From: an uncultured virus (IMG/VR IMGVR_UViG_3300031612_000002)
Taxonomy: Duplodnaviria; Heunggongvirae; Uroviricota; Caudoviricetes
Direction: 5' to 3' (one strand)
IMG/VR virus record: IMGVR_UViG_3300031612_000002
Coordinates: 1-64,000 of that record
DNA: 64,000 bases
In this document: piece after piece, positions 57,929 to 64,000 of the stretch
How positions within the stretch are numbered: position 1 is the stretch's first letter
Layout: every line of letters begins with the position of its first letter
Notes under the pieces: model-generated
Told to the model about the DNA's origin: nothing
Database searches by the model: none
The model's input: the letters and a program-made list of their open reading frames with translations, nothing else
Program-made: the position numbers and the translations under genes

Positions 57929-58321
57929 ATGATAATTTCTGATACGTTGATGGATGCAGTACAATCATTTTATGCATCTTGCAAGACTGAACTTGGTGAC
58001 GAGTTTGGTGGCGATCAAGCATTGTCGATGTTTGACGCATTAGATCCATCTATACGAGGATCTATGTTAATGACTATGTTCTCTGGAGACAGTACAAAAC
58101 ATGCGACATTAAAATATGATAATACGCGAGGTGACGAAGATACTTATATTTCTTCAATCAAGGCACTTCGCATGGTATTTGGCTGGGAATTGAGAACCGC
58201 CAAATCCGCAGTTGATACAGCAAGAGATTATGGTCAATATGATTTGGGTATAACAGATCGTGCCCAGCGAACGAAATTATCTACCGCGTTATCGTCATCA
58301 GCATGGCATATTAGGGATTGA
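57929..58321 (+). CDS. Protein with ribosomal L7/L12 C-terminal-like domain
   Basis: ISSIKALRMVFGWELRTAKSAVD matches the bL12 CTD pattern IxxIKxxRxxxGxxLxxAKxxV(D/E). Confidence 0.6.
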   Translation: MIISDTLMDAVQSFYASCKTELGDEFGGDQALSMFDALDPSIRGSMLMTMFSGDSTKHATLKYDNTRGDEDTYISSIKALRMVFGWELRTAKSAVDTARDYGQYDLGITDRAQRTKLSTALSSSAWHIRD

Positions 58322-58346
58322 CAAACACGCATAATCATAGTATAAT
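58318..58346 (+). promoter_or_regulatory. sigma70-type promoter for queC
   Basis: TTGACA-N17-TATAAT. Confidence 0.85.
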
Positions 58347-58369
58347 GATTTAACAATTAAGAGGCATTT

Positions 58370-59110
58370 ATGAAATTAAACGAAGTACTGAATACATTAC
58401 CTGATACGGACAAAGTCGTTATTACACACAGTGGTGGACTTGATAGTTCAACTGCTGTTATTATTGCTGCACACAAATACGGCGCTGAAAATGTATTCTC
58501 AGTTGGTTATGATTACGGACAAAAGCAGCGAGTAGAATTAGATCGCGCAGCACAGTTATGTGAGAAACTTGGTGTTCATCGTCAATTGTTTGATCTTTCT
58601 ATTCTAGGTGAAATTGCAAAACCTATGAGTGCAAACATTGCGGGCACTGATGTAGTAATGCCGACTATTCAAGATGTATTAGGTGAACCACAGCCTTCGA
58701 CATATGTGCCATATCGTAATATGATCTTATTTTCATTGACTGCTGCATATGCAGAAGCGATGGGTGCAGAATATGTATTTGCTGGTATTCAAGCAACTGA
58801 TGCATATGGTTATTGGGATACTACGCCTAGTTTTGCAGACGCATTGAATAATGTAATGAGTATGAATCGTAATTGTCCTGTACAATTGGTAGCACCATTT
58901 AATACATTGACCAAAGATGAAGAGATTGCATTATTAGAGGAACTTGACTTAGTACATTTATACGAGTATACATTGACATGTTACGATCCTGATATTGATG
59001 GTAAGTCATGTGGTGTATGTCCTAGTTGTGCAGAACGTATCAAAGCATTCATGGATAGGTCTATTGCAGATCCTATTGAATACCAAATACAGATTCCTTG
59101 GAATGTGTAG
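58370..59110 (+). CDS. queC: 7-cyano-7-deazaguanine synthase QueC
   Basis: SGGLDS, YDYGQK, STYVPYRN, APF..LTK and TLTCY..SCGVCPSCAER. Confidence 0.92.
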   Translation: MKLNEVLNTLPDTDKVVITHSGGLDSSTAVIIAAHKYGAENVFSVGYDYGQKQRVELDRAAQLCEKLGVHRQLFDLSILGEIAKPMSANIAGTDVVMPTIQDVLGEPQPSTYVPYRNMILFSLTAAYAEAMGAEYVFAGIQATDAYGYWDTTPSFADALNNVMSMNRNCPVQLVAPFNTLTKDEEIALLEELDLVHLYEYTLTCYDPDIDGKSCGVCPSCAERIKAFMDRSIADPIEYQIQIPWNV

Positions 59111-59702
59111 TATTTTTGGTAGTTATAATGTAGCAGAGTTTAACGAGTTAGCGAACTTAAATTCACATCGTGGGCAACATTCGTTTTCTACTGCTACATA
59201 CGATGGTGAAGTGCTAGATGTAATTGAGAAGAGTTTAGGTAAATTTAAGTCACAAGAACTTGATACAGGTAATTTGTATATTGGTCATGTGCAGTCGCCT
59301 ACAACTAATGCACGATCAATTGCATCAGTGCATCCGTCAGTGATTGATGGTACGTTGTTATGGCACAATGGTATTATCAAAGAGACACAAATGAGGAAAT
59401 GGAATTATCATGATAAATGGGACACTGCGTGTTTGCATAAGTATATTTCCAGTGGGTTAGATAAGTTGGGTGATGTAGATGGTTCATTTGCTTGTGTCTA
59501 TTATAAAGAAGGTAAGTTGTATATTTGGCGAAATGAGAATTGTCCGATGTTTGTAAATGGTAGTAGTTTTTCGTCAGTAAAATTTAAGAACGCTGTACGC
59601 ATAGAAGCGAATATTGTATATAAGTTAGATGGTAAAAACTGGGTAAAAACTGATAAAGCATTTACAACGAAAAATACATTTTATTGGTCGCCAGCAGCGT
59701 AA
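59103..59702 (+). CDS. Class II (Ntn) glutamine amidotransferase domain protein
   Basis: The true start MCSIFG gives the N-terminal catalytic Cys; HRG, GHVQSPT, HP, LWHNGII, DT and GSFA. Overlaps queC. Confidence 0.85.
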   Translation: MCSIFGSYNVAEFNELANLNSHRGQHSFSTATYDGEVLDVIEKSLGKFKSQELDTGNLYIGHVQSPTTNARSIASVHPSVIDGTLLWHNGIIKETQMRKWNYHDKWDTACLHKYISSGLDKLGDVDGSFACVYYKEGKLYIWRNENCPMFVNGSSFSSVKFKNAVRIEANIVYKLDGKNWVKTDKAFTTKNTFYWSPAA

Positions 59703-59730
59703 GGATAAATAAACAGCATAGTTTATATTT

Positions 59731-59764
59731 AAAGCCTCTTAATTCGCGTTAAGGGGCTTTTTTT
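59731..59764 (+). terminator. Rho-independent terminator
   Basis: aaagcctcttaa-ttcgcg-ttaaggggcttttttt. Confidence 0.85.
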
Positions 59765-59786
59765 ACTATTAAATAGTAAATAGTTC

Positions 59787-59815
59787 TTGACAAGCAAGGA
59801 GTATTATTATATAAT
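59787..59815 (+). promoter_or_regulatory. sigma70-type promoter
   Basis: TTGACA-N17-TATAAT. Confidence 0.85.
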
Positions 59816-59847
59816 TAGTATAGTTAATGAGTTAAGGAGAGTATGAA

Positions 59848-60042
59848 ATGAAAGCAGTACATTTGATGAAGACAAAGAATGCACGATCACCGAAGAATGT
59901 AGTCATGGCGCTGAATGCAGTAGCAAAGAATCTAAAGGTTGCTAACAAGAGTGTAGTGATGAAGGATCGCAAGAAAGCGGCAAAGAGTGGTGCAGTTAAG
60001 CACAAGAACAAGCGGTTTGATAATTATAAGATTGCCGCATAA
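59848..60042 (+). CDS. Small very basic protein
   Basis: AAGGAG RBS; NAVAK..NK..VMKDRKK..KHK. Confidence 0.75.
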   Translation: MKAVHLMKTKNARSPKNVVMALNAVAKNLKVANKSVVMKDRKKAAKSGAVKHKNKRFDNYKIAA

Positions 60043-60077
60043 TTTTATAATTATCAGACTTAGAGAAGGAGAGAATT

Positions 60078-60329
60078 ATGTACCAAATTAAAGATTTTAC
60101 AACTAAAAGTAATATGATTAATGGTGTAGATAAAATTAATTTATGTATTGGTGATAAAGTTCTAAGAACTATGGACCTTAATTCTTTTGTTGTACTGTTT
60201 AAAGCCGATCATCAAAAGTGGGCAGAATTTTATATGAGCGAACGTCAATCTCGTATTGATTGTAATATAGCTCAAATTAATCGTTTAGAACGTGCTAATG
60301 AAGAAATTGAAGAAGAAATGGGAAATTAA
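60078..60329 (+). CDS. Hypothetical protein
   Basis: AAGGAG RBS, 83 aa. Confidence 0.7.
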   Translation: MYQIKDFTTKSNMINGVDKINLCIGDKVLRTMDLNSFVVLFKADHQKWAEFYMSERQSRIDCNIAQINRLERANEEIEEEMGN

Positions 60330-60330
60330 A

Positions 60331-60453
60331 ATGAAAGTTTTTACTATTGGTCGTTTAACATATTCAAATTGTGAATATCGTCATAATATTATGATTTATA
60401 ATTACCCACATAAGCATTTATTCTGGCGCTTTTGGTGGAAAATAACTTTATAA
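60331..60453 (+). CDS. Possible 40-aa protein (absent from the track)
   Basis: MKVFTIGRLTYSNCEYRHNIMIYNYPHKHLFWRFWWKITL; GGGA upstream; fills the gap. Confidence 0.4.
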   Translation: MKVFTIGRLTYSNCEYRHNIMIYNYPHKHLFWRFWWKITL

Positions 60454-60487
60454 TTATCAGATTGTAAATAAAAGAGAGAGAAGTAAA

Positions 60488-61705
60488 ATGAAGTATCGTA
60501 ATATAGAATCAAAAGGTGTACCAATAAAAGCGTGGATAGACGGCGTTAATTTGGAAGATCAAGCAAAAGAGCAATTGCAAAACATAGCACAATTGCCGAT
60601 CATACACAGTCACATAGCAGTGATGCCAGACGTTCACTTAGGTAAAGGAGCAACGATAGGTAGTGTTATACCTACGTTAAAAGCAATCATACCTAATGCG
60701 GTTGGAGTTGATCTAGGTTGTGGAATGATGGCTGCAATGACAACATTGTATGCTAAAGATTTACCAGATAATTTACTCGCTGTTCGTACTGCTATAGAAA
60801 AAGCAGTACCACACGGACGTACAAATAACGGCAAAGCAGTTAATGACAAAGGTGCTTGGAATGATATACCAAAACTTGCATCTGATTTATGGAAAATGCA
60901 CCTTGAGCAACAGTTCAATAAAATGGTTGATAAGTATCCAGAGATAGGTCAGTGTAACCACATTGTACACCTTGGAACATTGGGAACTGGTAATCATTTT
61001 ATAGAGTTATGTCTTGATGAAAATCAGCAAGTATGGATAATGTTACACTCTGGTTCACGTGGTGTTGGTAATCGTATTGCGTCAACTTTCATAGCGAAAG
61101 CGAAGCAAGATATGATAAATCAGCAGACACATTTGCCAGATAAAGAGTTGGCATATTTGCAAGAAGGATCGCCATACTTTGACGACTATGTAGAAGGTGT
61201 TACATGGGCGCAAGAGTTTGCCAAGATCAATCGTCAAGTGATGATGCAACTAACCATAGAAGCATTGGAATCAGTATTGCCACCATTTAAGGCTAACGTG
61301 TTGGCGGTTAATTGTCACCACAACTACGTGAGTAAAGAGCATCACTTCGGTGAAGATGTTTACTTGACACGTAAAGGTGCGGTTTCTGCTAAGGCTGGTG
61401 AGTTGGGTATAATCCCAGGATCAATGGGTGCTAAAAGTTTCATTGTGCGTGGTTTAGGTAATCCTGAATCATTTTCATCATGTAGTCACGGCGCAGGTCG
61501 TACAATGTCACGTACTGCGGCACGTAAGCAGTTCACCGTAGATGACCACATCAAGGCGACAGCAGGAGTAGAGTGTCGTAAAGACGAAGATGTGATTGAT
61601 GAAACCCCAATGGCATATAAAGACATCGAAGCGGTAATGAAAGCACAGGATGATTTAGTTGAAGTTGTTCACACATTAAAGCAAGTTGTTTGCGTAAAGG
61701 GTTGA
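60488..61705 (+). CDS. rtcB: RtcB 3'-phosphate RNA ligase
   Basis: MPDVHLGKG, VGVDLGCG, LGTLGTGNHF, LHSGSRG, HHNY, RKGA, PGSMG, SHGAGR, DETP.AYK and VCVKG. Confidence 0.97.
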   Translation: MKYRNIESKGVPIKAWIDGVNLEDQAKEQLQNIAQLPIIHSHIAVMPDVHLGKGATIGSVIPTLKAIIPNAVGVDLGCGMMAAMTTLYAKDLPDNLLAVRTAIEKAVPHGRTNNGKAVNDKGAWNDIPKLASDLWKMHLEQQFNKMVDKYPEIGQCNHIVHLGTLGTGNHFIELCLDENQQVWIMLHSGSRGVGNRIASTFIAKAKQDMINQQTHLPDKELAYLQEGSPYFDDYVEGVTWAQEFAKINRQVMMQLTIEALESVLPPFKANVLAVNCHHNYVSKEHHFGEDVYLTRKGAVSAKAGELGIIPGSMGAKSFIVRGLGNPESFSSCSHGAGRTMSRTAARKQFTVDDHIKATAGVECRKDEDVIDETPMAYKDIEAVMKAQDDLVEVVHTLKQVVCVKG

Positions 61706-61764
61706 CAAGTAAGGCTTATTACGTTATAATAGTTATATAAGTTAATCAAAGCAAGGAAAGTATT
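61702..61764 (+). promoter_or_regulatory. sigma70-type early promoter with conserved leader
   Basis: TTGACAagtaaggct..TATAAT, then agttatataagttaatcaaagcaaggaaagtattATG. Confidence 0.88.
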
Positions 61765-61926
61765 ATGTTTCAAGCATTATTGGGAGTTTGGATAGTTTGG
61801 ATAGTCGCAGCGTGGTTCACCCATGTGTTTACGTGTTTCGCTAGTGCATCATGGGGTTTCCTCGTTGCTGGTGCAATAGCATTTCCAGTAGCGTGGGCGC
61901 ATGGAACTTGGTTGTGGTTTCAATAA
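61765..61926 (+). CDS. Small Trp-rich membrane protein (53 aa; absent from the track)
   Basis: MFQALLGVWIVWIVAAWFTHVFTCFASASWGFLVAGAIAFPVAWAHGTWLWFQ, directly behind the promoter and leader. Confidence 0.75.
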   Translation: MFQALLGVWIVWIVAAWFTHVFTCFASASWGFLVAGAIAFPVAWAHGTWLWFQ

Positions 61927-61945
61927 ATTAATAAAGCAGAGTAAT

Positions 61946-62176
61946 ATGATTATGGAAGGTTTAGTAGAAATCACAGGTGAGGAATTCCCACCACATACAT
62001 ATTTTTTGAATCCCGAAGGTAAGTTGTTTGCATACATTCGGGTTAATGATGGTAAGTTGATTGAGTTCAAAAAGCCGTTATCATTTTACAAGTCTCGTCG
62101 CAAGTTTAAAAAAGTGACGCACGATACGTTTACAGATAATTATTCAGACAACTTTCGTAAAAAGGAAAAGGTATGA
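61946..62176 (+). CDS. Hypothetical protein
   Basis: PHTYFLN..AYI..FKKPLSFYKSRRKF; start at 61946 or 61952 rather than 61901. Confidence 0.7.
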   Translation: MIMEGLVEITGEEFPPHTYFLNPEGKLFAYIRVNDGKLIEFKKPLSFYKSRRKFKKVTHDTFTDNYSDNFRKKEKV

Positions 62177-62388
62177 TCTTATTCAGTGGTCGCTCGAAAA
62201 AGAATGTCGGGTGGGAATTATTAGCATTACGCAAAGATAAGAACTTCTCAGAAGGTTTATCATTGGTAGATTTCAAGGTAAACATCTTGCGAGGCGACTT
62301 TACGCTACATACTCCCATATTTCAATTGTACATTGAATTGTTAAACATAACACTATTAGATTTCAGCATTGTAAAAGTTGAACATTAG
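62173..62388 (+). CDS. Hypothetical protein
   Basis: Coupled 71-aa ORF (ATGA overlap). Confidence 0.65.
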   Translation: MILFSGRSKKNVGWELLALRKDKNFSEGLSLVDFKVNILRGDFTLHTPIFQLYIELLNITLLDFSIVKVEH

Positions 62389-62396
62389 AGAGAATT

Positions 62397-63200
62397 ATGT
62401 CTACCGCAATTTTTAACCCACAAGTCACATTAAATACTCTACTAAAACATGATGAAATTGAAGACATGCACAGTAATTTTGAAAATAATGTCTCGCCAAA
62501 AAAGTTATCAGTTAGCATAGAAGGTGCATTGGCTGTATTACTCTATATGAATAGAACTCGTTCAATCAAGGAGGCAATGAATCTTTTCATTAACTGCTTA
62601 GAAGGCAATACACTTAACGCAACAGTTCCTCTTGCAGAAGATTGCGCAAACGCTGCTGATATATTTTCATATTGGGAAAAAAAGTTCTTCATGGCGAAAT
62701 TAAGTGATGATATTACACTTACGTCTTGGCGAAAAAAACTGCTTCATATGTGTAGTAATCGAAATACACCAATGATGGAATCGTACAAGAAGATGTTAAT
62801 TACGTTGCCGCGAATCACTTCGTATGAAAAACGCACTGATGCTATTGCTGACAAATATGTGTCTCATGATTATAATCATCACTCTCATTGTGAATTTGAG
62901 GGATTACAGTTACGTCTTATCGAAAAATATAGACATGACACAGTACGTGAGAAGTCATTCATATATAGGTTGGCAGATAATCATAATAAGGTATATGAAT
63001 TATCTATTTCAAAAAGACGCGATGGTGATTCTACTGTGTCTGACATGATTAGTACGGCATCCGCATTTGATGCATTGTTTGGTATGACAGGTAGTGTGAG
63101 ATTAGATGGTAGAGGACAATTAAAACCACTTAACAATGTGCTTCACGATAAGTTTCTGTATAAGACGCTAAAGAATATTACTTCAATTACTCCTATTTAA
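62397..63200 (+). CDS. Hypothetical protein
   Basis: 267-aa ORF with GAGAG leader. Confidence 0.75.
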   Translation: MSTAIFNPQVTLNTLLKHDEIEDMHSNFENNVSPKKLSVSIEGALAVLLYMNRTRSIKEAMNLFINCLEGNTLNATVPLAEDCANAADIFSYWEKKFFMAKLSDDITLTSWRKKLLHMCSNRNTPMMESYKKMLITLPRITSYEKRTDAIADKYVSHDYNHHSHCEFEGLQLRLIEKYRHDTVREKSFIYRLADNHNKVYELSISKRRDGDSTVSDMISTASAFDALFGMTGSVRLDGRGQLKPLNNVLHDKFLYKTLKNITSITPI

Positions 63201-63203
63201 GTG

Positions 63204-63263
63204 TTGACAAGTAAGGCTCATTGTTATATAATAGTTACATAAGTTAATAAAGAGAGCAAGACT
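63204..63263 (+). promoter_or_regulatory. sigma70-type early promoter with conserved leader
   Basis: TTGACAagtaaggct..TATAAT, then agttacataagttaataaagagagcaagactATG. Confidence 0.88.
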
Positions 63264-63536
63264 ATGATTAAAACAGCAAAGGGCGCAAAGGTTTACGAGC
63301 AATGGTCTAAAGCATACGTGCGTGACCACGACGGTGTCGTATTATGGAAGTCTAATGATCGTAGTCCGTTTGAGGATGTGTTAGGTGATTTCCTAGCATT
63401 CGGTTACATTAGTCAGTTATCGTATGATAACACTGTTGTAGCAAAAGCAGCACAAGATAACGAAGCGTTAGAAAGTTTCTTTAGTAGCAAGCCTACGCGT
63501 GAGCAGTTATTTGAACGCAACGCTAATCGGTTTTAA
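63264..63536 (+). CDS. Hypothetical early protein
   Basis: 90 aa; WKSNDRSPFED. Confidence 0.75.
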   Translation: MIKTAKGAKVYEQWSKAYVRDHDGVVLWKSNDRSPFEDVLGDFLAFGYISQLSYDNTVVAKAAQDNEALESFFSSKPTREQLFERNANRF

Positions 63537-63539
63537 ATC

Positions 63540-63752
63540 ATGATTAACTCTAATCATTTCAAAGAATCCATTGTAGTAGATATCACTGGTGAAGGTGGTA
63601 CACCTGCTAACTTAATCGCATTGGCAACTAGCCTCGCTCGTCCTGATCATGCAGATATCGTAAGAGATATGAATAGTGGTGATTACGAGCATTTAGTTAA
63701 TGTATTTGACGAACACTTTAGTGATATCGTTACGTTAACTGCGCCCACCTAA
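63540..63752 (+). CDS. Hypothetical protein
   Basis: VDITGEGG..MNSGDYEHLVNVFDEHF. Confidence 0.7.
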   Translation: MINSNHFKESIVVDITGEGGTPANLIALATSLARPDHADIVRDMNSGDYEHLVNVFDEHFSDIVTLTAPT

Positions 63753-63766
63753 ACGGAAAAATATTA

Positions 63767-64000
63767 ATGACCAACGAACATCCCGCTATATTAATTGCAC
63801 CAATTGATGTACAATCCAAAGTAGAAGCAGGTGCTAAATTACTAGATATACGTAATGAAGCAGATTTCAATCAATCTAAAATCAAGAATAGTCACCATCT
63901 TGATAAAGATAACATGTCGTCATATTTCAATAATATTGACAAAACCCTTCCAATCATCGTGTGTTGTTACAAAGGTATTAGTGCACGTCAAGTAGCATCC
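63767..64000 (+). CDS. Rhodanese / thiosulfate sulfurtransferase, GlpE-like (3'-truncated; absent from the track)
   Basis: MTNEHP..AKLLDIRNEADFNQSKIKNSHHL..TLPIIVCCYKGISARQVAS; LxDIR and the CYxGxS active-site loop match GlpE. Confidence 0.8.
   Translation, partial: MTNEHPAILIAPIDVQSKVEAGAKLLDIRNEADFNQSKIKNSHHLDKDNMSSYFNNIDKTLPIIVCCYKGISARQVAS

Noticed and set aside
58995..59102. N-terminal extension of the GATase as given in the ORF track
   Set aside because: It overlaps queC extensively, and Ntn amidotransferases need an N-terminal Cys, which the ATG at 59103 supplies.
58370..59702. Complete QatABCD or type IV CBASS defence system
   Set aside because: No ATPase, TatD, cyclase or TGT gene is adjacent; only QueC and a GATase are present.
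8448..63048. Many other short antisense or overlapping ORFs in the track (e.g. 19499-20095, 41012-41449, 45688-46158)
   Set aside because: They are nested opposite or within well-supported genes and have no motifs or expression signals.
1..64000. Stop-codon reassignment
   Set aside because: Core genes are intact in the standard code, and TAA, TAG and TGA all end genes at sensible positions.
1..64000. tRNA or tmRNA genes
   Set aside because: No cloverleaf with a T-loop GTTCRA and acceptor stem was found by eye in the short intergenic regions; tRNAscan-SE or ARAGORN would confirm.

Overview
This 64 kb window is an AT-rich, gene-dense, almost entirely + strand segment of a large T4-related (jumbo-type) myovirus genome. 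From left to right it contains: two repeat-rich tail fibres with C-terminal S74 chaperone domains; a small operon with two glycosyltransferase-like genes; neck, sheath, tube, head-completion and terminase genes; a replication/recombination block (gp32-like SSB, UvsX, UvsY, AAA ATPase, UvsW, a miniature DnaE-like protein, primase, gp41-like helicase); a block of probable internal head proteins, one carrying ligase motifs; a Cas4-like nuclease; class Ia ribonucleotide reductase with glutaredoxin; and a PAAR spike. The right-hand accessory region carries an AMP-binding enzyme, a DenV-like glycosylase, an L7/L12-like protein, QueC plus a class II glutamine amidotransferase, RtcB and a GlpE-like rhodanese. 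Two promoter classes are visible: near-consensus sigma70 TTGACA-N17-TATAAT, often with a conserved downstream leader, and T4-late-like (C/G/T)ATAAATA. The NrdAB, RtcB, GlpE and glycine-zipper types suggest a gammaproteobacterial host (inference). I saw no tRNA, CRISPR array, integrase, major capsid, portal or PolB gene. All product calls come from reading motifs by eye; no database search was run. The best leads are: a 192-aa minimal Pol III alpha core overlapping a QueC-like gene; a probably virion-packaged ligase-fold enzyme; shared N- and C-terminal sorting motifs in the head proteins; two structured intergenic RNA candidates; a tail-fibre-linked glycosylation module; and a gene insertion that left a duplicated gene start as a scar.
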